From the human T2T-CHM13v2.0 reference genome, Homo sapiens, in NCBI RefSeq assembly GCF_009914755.1, contig NC_060925.1: a stretch of 64,000 bases of DNA. One strand, written 5' to 3'. A program made the translations under genes and the position numbers. Below, in pieces: positions 28,270 through 41,510 of this stretch. Positions within the stretch are counted from its first letter, which is position 1. Each line of letters starts with the position of its first letter. The notes below the pieces were generated by a model that saw nothing but the letters and a program-made list of their open reading frames with translations, had not been told where the DNA came from and did no database searches.

Positions 28270-30880
28270 TACACAGAAAAAAGTGACTGCATAGATATGG
28301 ACCGAAAACAGCACGGTGTGGCAGAATAGGGGAATTGCTGCACTTGAAGGATGCAAATGATGTGCATTCTTGCTGACAGTGCACTCTTATACTCTCCCCC
28401 CAGGTTTAAAACAAACACAGCAGCCATACTTTCCTGGGAAACCTAGATATAAAACAGCAGAGGTAAGCAGCACTAGCTACCATCAACGTGAAAGCCATTT
28501 TCTCATTCTTACATACGAATGAATGACCATGGACCAGAAGGCATTGGAAGGAACCCCATGAATGCATGAAAGACAAACAGCTGAACATTATGGGCAATTC
28601 AGAGAACATAAGATTTATTTTTTAAGAAACGAAAGTTCAAATGATTATCCCCAGATCAATGAGAAGAAGTTGCATCCATAAACAAACACTTAGTTATGAA
28701 ACAGGAATAGAGGACAAAAGAGGTCTTGAAAATTAAAAATATTATTGCAGAAATGAAAGATCGCTAGGAAGTATTCAGAAAAAAACTGAGCTGAGTCTCT
28801 TGCAAAGCAATTGGCAAATGCTAAAGTTCAGTGCTTCACCTTGACCACAAAGAAGAAAACTTTCCAAGTTTTTGAGAAACACCTGCTTGTACCTCTGCAA
28901 GAAAGTTCCAAAATGGAAGATGCCCGGAAACCACTGTGGCAAAATGCTTTCTTGAACCTGTTCAAGACAGGCAAGGAAAGTCTCAACTGCAAAGGGAAAC
29001 AATTTGAGTCAGAGTAACTTGGGTTTGTTGTTGTTATCTGTATAAAAGGGAAAATTGCCATTTGAATAACTGAATAGCAGTAATGTACCAAGCGGACTAT
29101 TTAAGTTCAGGGCGGTGGCTCTGCACATCAGGAATGATGCCACAGGTGCTGGCCACAGGTCTGCTGGTGGCTGCGGAGAGCTACAGCTATGCAGCACACT
29201 CCTGCCATCTTTCCTGATTCATGAACATCAGTATTTCTCTAGGCATAGACTTGAATTAAATTTAGTGTCATTTCTTAGTAGTGTTTGATGATTAAAATCT
29301 TGTTCTTTGACAACAAATGATCAATCTTCCAGGTCTAACATTGGATTCACAGGTTTTCCAGACAAATAAAATGAAAAAAAATGGAGGAAAGAATATCAAA
29401 GACACAATAAAATTTCTTAGAGCTGAAGTGATGTGAGTCATCAGATTCAAATGGCCCACAGAAGGCTGAGGAGGATGAATAAGAAAAACCCACTCCTGGA
29501 CATGACTTCATCACATTTCAGACCCCAAATATGAAAAGAAGGCCCCCAAAACATCCAGAGAAAAAGAAGAGGCTGCCTATAAAGGAATGGACATTAGATG
29601 ACCTCAGGCTTTGGAATTTTTTACAATCAAGTAGTCACAAAGTCTCCAGTGTTCTGAGGAGAAATGATTTTGAACCTGGGATCCTATAGTCAGCTAAACT
29701 GCCAAGTGAGTATGAAGGCAAAATAAGGTATTTTCGGGCATTCAAGGATCAAAGTTTCCACTTCCATATATTTACATACACACATTATATACATCATTTC
29801 TAAGGAAGTTACTTGAGCAGACTGAGAATGAAAAGGTGTGACTGAACATAGAAATATTTTTTAAAATTCCTGGATAACAACTGTTCATTCAGGAGGTGAC
29901 TGATCTGAATTAAAATAAGAAGCTGATAGGCTCTGATCAGTATCTTCAAAGAGAAAAAGAGAATGAATTATAAAATTAGATAGGAGTGAAGAAATAAGGA
30001 ATTAGAAACCACAGGGGGGAAATCAAAAGCTGTACAAAAGAGTCAGTTAAGAAGTAAACTAAAAGGAGGCATAGTTGTGAGTAACTGATAAATTGGTAAA
30101 GAAAGAATATACTTGATATGGACCTTAGGGACATTCTTTGAGTGACTAGGAACCAGAGCACTGAACAAACAGGATAAAATGTAATCCCAGAACCTATTTG
30201 GCTCTGCAGTGTATAATATTTATGTAAGAAGAAGACTTAACAGTGGTTATCAATAATGATTATGTAAAAATGGAATAGCTCACAGAGGTTAGAGGGAGAA
30301 GGCTAGTGGACTAGCCGGGGATAACCTAGTTATAGGCACCAAAATCCTTACACATCAAGAGATAATGTAAAGTTGATGGAACAAAAAATACAGGCTTAAG
30401 TGTATTATTTAAGGCTATAAATAAACCTCATAAGATAAAATAAAACAATTGGGTTGTCAGGGGCTGAGGTTGGGGGACAGGATTGTCTGCAAAGAAGCAT
30501 AGGGAACTTTATGGGGTGATCTCAGATACACATTTCCACATCTTGATTTTGGTGGTTATATGACTATTTAGGTTTGTCAAAATTCACAGAACCATGCTCC
30601 AAACAATGATGAATTTCACTGCATGTAAATCCTAACTCAGTAAACTTAGGAAGGGGAAAAACCTAGGAACCGAAAAGTGAACTAAACCCTCATCTTTCAT
30701 ACTGGGGCGTCAAAAGAAAATGTACGAAGTTAATAAATCCACCAAAAGCAACATAAGCATAGAGCTGGCAAGGGAAACCACCATCACAAGAAACAGCCAA
30801 AAGAAGTTTTTGGAAGTAGCAGTGGTGACACAGACTAACATTTAGCTTCATAATTTTACTATCTACATGTTTTACTTATT
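28270..30880 (+). mobile_element. HAL1/L1M5-like ancient LINE fragments
   Basis: ORF1-like motifs (aaatttcttagagctgaag, aaatgattttgaacctgggatcctatagtcagctaaact). Heavily diverged and interrupted. Confidence 0.55.
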
Positions 30881-30949
30881 TATTGGCATTGGCATTTAAA
30901 CACAATTCTGAAACATTTTTAAAATGCAGAAAGGTTTCCAGAGTAGTAC

Positions 30950-32400
30950 AAGAACTTCTATTAAATATCTATCCCATGCCCAATAATGTCCTTTATAGCA
31001 AAGGGCCCAATCCAGGATCACATTTTGCACTCAATTACCATGTCTCTCTAGTCTCCTTCAACCTGGAACAGTTCTTCGGGATTTCTTGACTTTCATGATC
31101 TTGATTTTTTTTTTTTTTTTTTTTTTTTTGAGACAGGGTCTCACTCTGTCACCCAGGCTGGTGTCCCGTGGTGCAATCACAGCTCACTACAGCCTCAAAC
31201 TTCTGGGCTTAAGTGATCCTCCCACTTTGGCCTACTGAGTAGCTAGGACTACAGGCATGTGCCACCACACTTGATTAAGTTTTAATTTTTTGTAGAGATG
31301 GGGTCTCACTATGTTTCCCAGGACCATATTGAATTCCTGGACTCAAGAAATCCTCTCACGTCAGCCTCCCAAATTGCTGGGATTATAGCCGGAAGTCACC
31401 GTGCCCGGCCGTCATGACCTTGATATTTTTAAAGATTACAGGCTGGTCATTTTATTTTGTTCTTCAATTTGGGATTGCCTGATGTTTCCTCCTGATTAGA
31501 TCCAATTTAGGTATCTTGGCCCTGATATCATAGAAGGGATGCTGTGTTCTCACTGCATCCTGGCATGTGATCTGAGAGGTTGATTTGCTGTATTATTACT
31601 GGGATAAACCAAGATAGCATCTCCCAGGCTTCTTCACTGCAAAGTTAGTTTTCTCCCCTTCATAAAAAGTATTTTGAGGAAAGATGTTTTCAGACTATTC
31701 CATGCCCTACTTTCACCCATTTTCTTAAGATCCACTGACGCTTTTACCTGAATTGGTTATTGCAATGATGATTGCCAAGTAGTACATTAAATGGATTCAC
31801 AGATTCCTATTTATTCAATGGATTATAATAATCTATTAGTATCATTATTTTGATTCTTGACTCATTCCAAATGTGGTCAGTGGGAGTTTCTTTGCTGTCT
31901 TCTGTGTCATTTCGACATGTGCCTATCATTCTTTGAGCATTTCCTTACCGTCTAGCAAAGGAGATAATCCAGGCTCATCTTATTCTTTCCCTACCTTGGT
32001 CCTGGAGTTAAGCAGTTCCTTTCACTAAAGAGTGGCATTTAGAAACCAAGCTTTGGGTGATCGGTGTGCTCACTGCTATAGAGTCTCAAAGCTTCCAGGA
32101 CTTCTCAATGGACCTAGCTAGGAAATACACACATGCATGTACACATGCATATACACACATTTACATGTATATTTATTTTTATATCTATCTATACATGTCA
32201 GTGTGAACTCAACAACTCTGAGTTCACATTGACAACTCTAATTCCATTCCAATTTCAAAGGGTTTGGCTTCACCCTATTTTCCATGTTTGTATCTCCTTC
32301 CTCCAAGAGTGAGAAATACTGGTTCCCATCATCCTCAATGTATTTACTTTTCTGCTTAATTCCCTGTATGTATCAAATCTCCTGATGTCATCATCAGGTT
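30950..32400 (-). mobile_element. L1MC-like 3' UTR fragment
   Basis: cccaataatgtcctttatagc...tagtctccttcaacctggaacagttc...ccaggctcatcttattctttccct. Confidence 0.7.
31106..31410 (-). mobile_element. AluJ with TSD tcatga(t/c)cttgat
   Basis: Alu body with poly-T; TSD at 31093-31105 and 31412-31424. Confidence 0.9.
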
Positions 32401-32590
32401 GCCATCCCACCTGTGCACCCTCCTGGTTGCTCTGGCCTCTGCCAGGCTGCCTTCCCATCCCACTTGGAATTATTTTGGTAAAACTTAAAAAGAAAAAAAT
32501 TAGTAACCAAATACTATAAAAGGAACAAAAAAGGAGATTGTGGGAATTGGTCATAAGCAATATTTTTACTGCTCTAAGAGCCATGGTCCC

Positions 32591-32970
32591 TGATATGGTT
32601 AGGTTTTGTGTCCCCACTCAAATCTCATCTTGAATTATAATTCCCATAATTCCCACGTGTCAAGGGAAAGACTATGTGGAGGTAACTGAATCATGGGGGC
32701 AGTTTCCCCCTTGTTGTTTTTGTGATAGTGAGTGAGTTCTCACGAGATCCGATGGTTTTATAAGGGGCTCTTTCCTCCTTTACTCGGCACTTCTCCCTCC
32801 TGCTGCCTTGTGAAGAAGGTGCCTTGCTTCCTCTTTGCCTTTCACCATGATTGTAAGTTTCCTGAGGTCTCCCCAGTCGTGCTGATCTGTGAGTCAACTA
32901 AACCTCTTTCCTTTATCAATTACCCAATCTCGGGTAGTTATTATTAGCAGTATGAAAATGGACTAATACA
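32591..32970 (+). mobile_element. THE1 (D-like) MaLR solo LTR
   Basis: tgatatggttagg...gactaataca termini, 380 bp, TATA ttttataa at 32756. Confidence 0.9.
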
Positions 32971-33211
32971 GTTTCCATTTCCTCCACATGCCACCACAAT
33001 TGTAAAGCACTTTAAAGTTTGATCTGTTATAGGAAGAAGTGAGAGGGGCATAGCTTGGCTCCATAATTCCCCTAATCAATATAATCAATATCATGTACCG
33101 CCCATGGCATGATCCCACATGCACATGTGCACACACACACACACTCAGACACCACACTTCATGCTCTGGGTGCCTGGTAACCTGAGTTTACCACTTGGAG
33201 GAGGTCACTAC

Positions 33212-33311
33212 CTAAAATGTCGCAGTAAATGGTCTGTTGATAGAGCTTGGCTTCTAGTGGGTTAAAGTACACGGTGATTTCAGCTGATGAGTTGGGCCAG
33301 ACATCACCTTC
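33212..33311 (-). CDS. HYDIN: HYDIN coding exon, about exon 10: EGDVWPNSSAEITVYFNPLEAKLYQQTIYCDIL(G)
   Basis: Not in the ORF track; translated by hand. Acceptor gtttttcag|GAA, donor TAG|gtagtg, 100 nt, phase 0 to 1. Confidence 0.93.
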
Positions 33312-33397
33312 CTGAAAAACATGAAAGAATCATTAAAAAACAATATGACAAAAGAAAGACACTGCTTGTAAGTGTTATTACATTAAAACTCCAAGAA

Positions 33398-33746
33398 ATT
33401 TTTTTTTCATAAAATTGTATATGTTTAAGGTATACAACATGTTTTGATATATATTTGTATAGTGAAATGATTACTGCAGTCAAGGAAATCAACACATCTA
33501 TCTCCTCACATAGTTAACTTGTGTGTGCGTGGTGAGAGCACCTGGTCTGTCTACTCTCTTAGCAAGTACCCAACATATCATACATTATTATTAACTATAG
33601 TCACCATGCACTACATTAGGTCTCCAGAACTTATAACTACAAGTTTGTACCCTTTGACCAACATCTCCCCATTTCTGCCCCCAACCCCACCCTCTGATGC
33701 CTGGTAACCACCAATCTCTTACCAAACTGTTTCTATGAGTTAGACC

Positions 33747-33777
<31 letters not shown>

Positions 33778-34180
33778 ACACACATATAAGTGAGATCATG
33801 TGGTATTTGTCTTTCTGTGTCTGGCTTATTTCACTTAGCACAATGTCTCCAGATTCATTCATGTTGTCACAAGTGGCAGGAACTCTTTCTTAGTAAGAGT
33901 GAATAATATTCCATTGTATGTACACACTTCTTTTTTCATTCTTCTGTCGCTGGACACTTCAGTTGCTTCCACAGCTTGGCCATTGTGAATAATGCTGCAA
34001 TGAACATGGGGGTGCAGAGCTCTCTTCGAGATCCTGATTTCATTTCCTTTGGGGATATACCCAGATGAGGGATTGTGGGATCACATGACAGTTCTATTTA
34101 TGATTTTTTGAGGAATCTCTATACTGTTTTCCATAATGTCCGTACCAATCTACAGTCCCACCAACAGTGTACAAGGGTTC
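33398..34180 (-). mobile_element. L1MA-like 3' end
   Basis: tttaaggtatacaacatg...tataagtgagatcatg.ggtatttgtctttctgtg...cccaccaacagtgtacaagggtt. Confidence 0.85.
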
Positions 34181-34343
34181 AATTCCAGGAAACTTAAAGA
34201 GAACATTTTTCTAATAAGTACAAGAAAGCATTCTTTCACCAGCAGATAGTAAATGTATACTTCTTGATAACTTATGAGGTGGTACAAGTTGGAAACAAAC
34301 TTCAAAGATAACTTCAGTGAATTTATGAACATATAATGAGTTA

Positions 34344-35804
34344 CTAAAGGAAACTAGGGTGTATAAGACATTTTAAAATGAAATGTATATTCAGTGGCTA
34401 TTCACTGTTTGCCCAATGTGTTCCCAGTACTGGGGCTTCAGAGAAGCAGAAAGGTGTGGGCTGTGACTGCAGGGAACTCATACCTTAGTGGGATGATAAA
34501 CATGTATACAAACATTTAACAGTATATGAGGTAAGTGCTGTGTCTATAAAAATACAGCCCAGAGGGGTCACAGAGGAAGAAGTACTTGACTTCCTTGCTG
34601 GAGGCACCACGTTTTTAACTTTTGAGGTGACAGCATAAGGAAACACTCTTACTCTACAAAAACATAGCAATGGCCCAAGGTAGAACAATAGCTTGGTCAA
34701 ACCCTGCTTCTACTCCAGTGTGGCATTTCTCCCTTTAATTGGAACTACCAAAAAGTCATAATCAGGAAACCAAGTTTTAAAATGGTAATGCAAAATGCAA
34801 TGTATCAGAATCTCCTTGTTAGGTATACTTTGATTAGTATTTTTAACTATGTAATCTGCGGCCTCTTCATTAGCTTCTCAAGGCTGTAAAAAGAGATGCT
34901 GATAGCACTTGCCTCAAAGGGGTTCCTAAGGTCTGACAAAGTCATGCAGGTCAAACACTTTGCCCCATGCTCAGTCAGAACTCAGTAAATAACTGACTAC
35001 CATGATCGATGTTATTTTTGTGCTACTTAGAAGGACTAAGATGAAAGTATTGAAAAGGGGAAAAGATGTGTGTGTGTTTTGTATGATTTTTGTAAATAGG
35101 GCCAAGTGAGCATAAACGATCAACACATCCAGAAATCTATAAACAGTCCCGCCAGCTAAATAGAAAACTAAGGAAAGACAACTTGATAAATAATTAGGCT
35201 CCAGCTCCAGACAGTCCCTGGTGCATTCTCTATTTGCAGTCTGGCTAGAAAGAACATACTTCTGGAATAAAGAATGTCAAAAAGAACAAAATGGTTTAAA
35301 AATGCAGATATCAAACAAGAGGGAGAAAATAAAAATCTAGAGCCAATTTGGGTTTATTAATTAACACAATCAGTCTTATCAGTATACTTTGCAGGCAGTG
35401 TCTTTCCTAACTTCAGAATGAAGGAGGCACAAGGGCTTAAGGGGGAGCAGAGAGGGCTGTAAATATTATGCAGGTATGATACCTCGGGCCATTGCTCTGT
35501 TTTTGTAGAGTAAGAGTGTTTCCTTATGCTGTCACCTCAAAAGTTAGAAACGTGGTGCCTCCACCAAGGAAGTCAAGTACTTCTTCCTCTGTGACCCCTC
35601 TGGGCTGTATTTATATAGACACAGCACTTACTGTAAAATGTTTGTATATATGTTTATCATCCCACTAAGGTATGAGTTCTCTGCAGTCACGGCCCACACC
35701 TTTCTGCTTCTCTGAAGCCCTGGTACTGGGAATGCATTGGGCAGACAGTGAATAGTCACTCAATGTACATTTTAAAATGTCGTATACATCCTAGTTTCCT
35801 TTAG
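34344..35804. repeat. Inverted repeat IR1: arms 34344-34682 and 35480-35804, 797-bp spacer
   Basis: Hand alignment: 19 substitutions in 325 columns (about 94%) plus 5-nt and 9-nt indels; perfect runs of 48 and 49 bp. Confidence 0.97.
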
Positions 35805-38800
35805 ATCTCACATCCCCAGATCAGCCTGTGAGAATGAAGGCTCCATAAGGGTAGCTGCCGTTCTACCCCCACCCAAACCAGAGTAAGCCATCCCTGGTTT
35901 GGGTAGGGGCAGAACAGCAACTACCCTCAGGGAAGCTTCAATCTTCATGGCTCTTAGTAGGTGCTCAATAAATATTTGTTGAATCTGCAATATCTACTCA
36001 GTTTGCACACTGTGTAGTCAGTAGCAGACACCTATTCATCTCTGCAACCTACTTCTACTATTTTCTCTTCATCCAGAACCTCAAAAGTCACACAACTGTA
36101 GAGCCAAAAGAGACCTATGAGAGCATATGAGGAACAGAGAAGTCCTAAGCACTTTGATGTATTTAGGCATTTCACTGTGGCACCTTTCCAATCTTGAAAT
36201 AAGTATCTGTTTTCTTCTGATAAATGATAAATATCTGGCCCCTTTTGATTGGTGGGGGTTTTAGTGATATGCAGTGTTAGAAACACTCATGGCTAGACTC
36301 AACTGGCAAGGCCAGGCAGATGAGGCAGCTCAGCCAATCAGTGGTGTATCAGTAGTTATCTCATCTCAGGACTACTGAAATCCTGGGCTTCTTACTCACC
36401 CATGACACAAACATATTCCTTTGGTGGGTTAATACTCTGCTGTGTTTGGGTAAACAGAATGGACACCGCTAACCTGCTCCTACACAAATGGAATGACCAA
36501 AGGGCCAGGGGCTATCTTAGATCCTGAGAGAACCCAGGCTAGAGAAGTCTCACCAGAACTGTAGGAAGTGGCCCCCACTGGAAATCACATAAACTCAGTG
36601 CATGTGGGCAAGTCAGGGTCTTATGGTTTGAAGTGGACCAGGAATGCTTTCAAAAGTATGATCCCAGCAATCCAGGGTCCATGTGCAGAAGAGGGTAACA
36701 CACTTCAGTTTCTCTTAGAACACTCTTGGACTGCCATCATCAAAGAGGTCTGATTAGCACAACTGGAGGGATGGGAGTGAGTGGTGGTAGACACACTCCA
36801 GAGAGGTGACTGGAATCTCTCCAGAGGAGGAAGCGTTGACATTCGGAAGCCATCAGTGAGAGATCATCTGATGTGGAGGCTCCTGGGAGATGGAGAAGCC
36901 TTTCTGCTTGGTGAGAAGACCAGCACAAAGAAATCCGAATCGACAGGGTTCAGACTGAGCAAATGGAGCTGTGGGCTCAGTGCTTACTTATTGTGGGCTG
37001 CAGCTGTCTTACTCTGCCTGTGACATCCACTTGTAACTTGCAGCCTTCACTGAGCCCGAGAGATAAAGGAAGGACAAACCCTATTTATTCTAAACTCCTC
37101 TCCTGGGCTTGGAGCAGGTACCGTGTATTAAGACGGTTGTGTGTACCTGAAAACAGCGTGCTCATTCAGTTTCCTCTCACAGAAGGATGCTTTCAATGTG
37201 ATTTCATTTGAAGGAGTTAGGAACATGCAGGATATTTCTACTTTTCAGTTGGGATTTAAGTAAAAGAGAAAGAACTTCTATTTCCTTATAGCAAAAACTC
37301 AATATAGCATTTTCTATCAAATGGGAGAGCAAACCTCAGAAATAGGTAACAAGCCTCAACTTTAGACCCCACTTCCAGTTTCACGTCTTTGAAAGATTTC
37401 ATATGACTTCTTTAACACTTCTGAAATTAAATTCCATGTCATTTATGTCTCTGCAAAAAAAACTTTCTTTCTTTATTACTCAGTTCTAACATTTCTGAAA
37501 ATCAAAACATCCAGAAATTTCCTTCCTGGCTCTGACATCAATATCCCTTCTTCCCAGTTCTACAAAACCTGCCTCATCACACGGATCCGCGTCCCCCATT
37601 CTGCGAGCCTTCTACATGTGACCCCCCTCCCATGACTGCCCATTTTCCTGCTCCAAATGAGAGGTTGAGTACATAGGATTGAATCTGTAAGTGACTATGA
37701 CCTTCTTTGTTGAAAAGAATTGTCAAAATGGCCTTCAGTTATACTGTAATTATCTTCCTTCTTGGTCTTAATGTTTTCTTTCAGATTCGCAATGAGTAAA
37801 GTAATTGCATTTTACTTATTAATAAAGTGACCTACTAGAAAAAAATCAACTTTAAATTTTCAAGCCTAAAGCTAATTCCCATATTGCGATTTTTGCCCAA
37901 ATTATTAAATATCTCTGGACACGGAGTTTCATGCTTCCTTCTGGAACAAGAATAAACAACCAAGTGACTCGATGGCCACAGTTCTGAGACTTTCTGAAAG
38001 CTGTCTATGAACAAACAGCCACTGGTTTGTGATAGATGATAAATATGATCATGAGAAAGGTGTCATTTAAAAGTGTTCACCTTTTAAAAATTATATCAGC
38101 AATACTTACAGGGGATCTTTAAAAAAAACTCCCTTGAAAATCCTTAAACATCTTTTTAAAAAATTGTCTTCCTTCCCCTCTATTACCCCTCTACCTCCTT
38201 TCCTTCGTTTCTCCCTTCCTTCCTTCCTTGAAAGATTATTTCTTACAAATCTTGCCCCCCTCCCAAAAAAAAAACCAAAGTGCAAGAACAGAGATTTATA
38301 TACATATGTAATTTTCCTGGTTTATCTAAAAAGTAGTTTACGACTCAACTTTTACATTTATCAAATAAAATGGTTATGTTCTAGTTCCCAACTTACATTT
38401 AGAAGAATGATCCACGTTTGCCCACTCAAATGCTATGCTTTCCAATCATACTCTCTAATCTGACAAGACAAATGTATTTAACTACAAATCATAATATACG
38501 TAACCACCCACTGAGAGCTCATGTTCCACACTGTGTAAAGTGCTTATACACATTAACTAGTTCAATCACTACCACCTTGTGAAGTAGTATTATTACTTTA
38601 AAGATGAGAAAATCAAGGCAAAAAGAAGTATCTTACCCAAAGCCAGACCAATAGTTTAAGTAGCAGAGCTAAGATTCTGTAATAATTTTTTCCCTGACTT
38701 CTCTAAACCCACTGCAATTATAAAAAGAGTCAGGCCTCAACTTCTTCACAATATCATAAAAAAGGCCAGAAGAAGTTGAAAAATACTACAACTCAAGCAG

Positions 38801-41150
38801 GCTTCGTGAGACCTGGTGTTCCTGTCTGGAAAACATAGCACGGCCCCCTGCATGCTTGTATCCTTCCAGTTACTTCTGGAAGGTGACTCATGGGAGGTTC
38901 CTTTGGATGACAAAGTCAACATTAGTACATTGCAGCTCTTGAGAAATGCATGGTGGATCTGTATCAAGCTATCCTGGTGTGGTGAAGGTCAGGGTCCAGT
39001 CAGCTCACAGCAGCGGGGGTGAATAATGATGTCAAGAGTAACTATAATAGGTGATGAATTCTACCATGTTTCACCCAAATGGAAATGCTCTTCACCACAT
39101 AAACAAATATTTTCAGCTATCTTATAGTTTTCCTTAAAATATTAGAAAAATATCAACATAAAGAATTTCTCTTGGGAAATGAAAACATGCTCTAAAAGCC
39201 ACATTTCTATCAAAGAATAAGCAAAAAAACCCATAGATTATAGAAGCTATAATCCGTTTCATTACCCACAACTGCTCGTCTAGATCCTTCCAGATCAATA
39301 AGAGAAATCATGGCTCTCTATAACGTCACCCAGGGCAAACAGCAGTTGTCTCAAAGAGGAACAGAAAAATAGAAGCTAAAAAACTGAAGCCAAACCATCT
39401 TAGTTATCACTGACAGAAAAGTTCAAATTGACACATGACATGCAAAGAGATTTTTCTGCTTCATTATTTTCCTGGGACAAGAAACTATGAATCAAGTTAA
39501 GTTATGATTCTCAAAATAATGACCATAAAAGTTTCTAAGAGAGGGCTCTAAGATTTCACCTTCTGTCAGAGGAAGCTTCACAAAAGGAGTATTCTATCTT
39601 GATCTCACCTCCAACCCAAATACAGTGAAAAGTGCACAGAGGTTCTATAGGGCGGAGGTAGTTGTGTGTGATGTTCATGCCTTTCTCTGGAGAGAACAGA
39701 ACTGTGTCTTGTCTAGCAGGGAAGGTTGTTAAGTTATTTAATGAGCCCCGAGGAACCATGCTGTTTCTAAGGCTTCCCCAGGCCTCCTGCCACCTATACT
39801 GGTTCTCCAATACAACAGCGAATGTACCAAACAATTGGAAAAAGTGTCGCTGAGCACAAGGATCCGAAAGGATGATCCTGATAAACAAAGGCTGAGGAGT
39901 GGGAAAACCACACTGATGGAGAAGCTGTGACTTGTCAAGGCCAGTTTGCTCTCAGCAGATTCCTGTCCTTCTTTCTCCTTTCTGGCTTCCATTTCCAAAG
40001 AGTCAGCTTCCACATGTTTGCAATGTGACTCAAGGCTATAATGGTAGGAGAAGTGGAAGGAGTGTGTAGTGAAAAGCTGGGTCTTTCTTCTCTGCTAGCC
40101 ATCTGGACTTCCACCCAACCTGGTTCTGCTGAGCTCACATGCTATGCCCGCTTGGGAAAAATAAAGTAAACTAAATTTGAGCTGTGCTCTCAAAGTCTGA
40201 ATTGCTGGAACAGCACGTTTTCTGCAGGCTTAGATGACGACAAAGCATGGTTTACTATTACTTATATGGTAATAAAGAAATTAGCAGGTTTCTCTCTCTT
40301 TTTAAGGCTTAGTTAAATTAAGCTTAAGCTTCCCTAGGGATACCAAATGAAGTTTTCTTTGATCGAGGAGACACTTGCTAATAGAAGCAGAAATGTTCCC
40401 CTGCTCGCTGATGTCCGTCAATCAGCTAGGAGCAGTTTAGGTAAATACCTTTAAATTCTCAGACCTTTCTTTTTGGGAAAATATCAAGGGTTCAGTATTC
40501 AGAAAATTGCTGCATCTTCAAAGCGTGACCTCAGCCAGCAGCATCAGGGTTCAGATACAAGGCCAGCACATTTGTGCTGCCATTCCTCAAATGACTCCTC
40601 GATGCCCATGGAAAGCAAAAGCTTGATTCTCTCTTTCTGCCCTATGATACTCTCGGCTTTTCAATTCTCAGGACTGTTTTTTATCTTTGAATCTCTCCCT
40701 CTCAGGGTACCCAAGAGACCCAAGCAGAGAAAATAACAGAATGAGACTGTCAACATTCTGTAAAGCCAGAGTCCATCCAATACAAATAGGATATTATATT
40801 TCTGAAAGTAGCCAATTACACTTGATTTTCTGGAAGGCACAAAACATGCATAACAGAACTTCAACTTGGCAGTTCTTTTCCAAAGGGGAAAAAAACCCAT
40901 ATGGAAATAGGTGGCTTGAGAATTATCAGTATTCTACAGAACCCAGTACCTTCCCTAGGTAAGGAACAAATGGAAAAATTTAGGCTAATGAAAAACTTGA
41001 CAGAAACAATGATAACACATCCCATGCTTTAATGACTAGAAAAACAATTCTTCGGATGCTTCAACAATATAAATAAACTATCAAGTAAAGATTTTTAAAA
41101 ATTCCTCCCAGCCCTCTGTACTGGACTGTCTTCTGCCTGTGGTCACTCTG

Positions 41151-41510
41151 TGATATGGTTTGGCTGTGTCCCCACCCAAATCTCAACTTGAATTGTGCTC
41201 CCATAATTACCACATGTTGTGGGAGGGACCTGGTGGGAGATAATTGAATCACAGGGGTGGTTTCCCCCATACTGTTCTCATGGTAGTGAATAAGTCTCAT
41301 GAGATCTGATGGTTTTATAATGGGAAACCCCTTTCACTTGGTTCTCATTCTTTCTTGTCTGCCACCATGTAAGAAATGCCTTTCACCTTCTGCCATGATT
41401 ATGAGGCCTCCCCAGCCACATGGAACTGTGAGTCCATTCAACCTCTTTCCTTTCTAAATTACCCAGTCTCAGATGTGTCTTTATCACCAGCGTGAGAACA
41501 GATTAATATT
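41151..41510 (+). mobile_element. THE1 (C-like) MaLR solo LTR
   Basis: tgatatggtttggctgtgtcccc start, 360 bp, exact 5-bp TSD ctctg on both sides. Confidence 0.92.
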
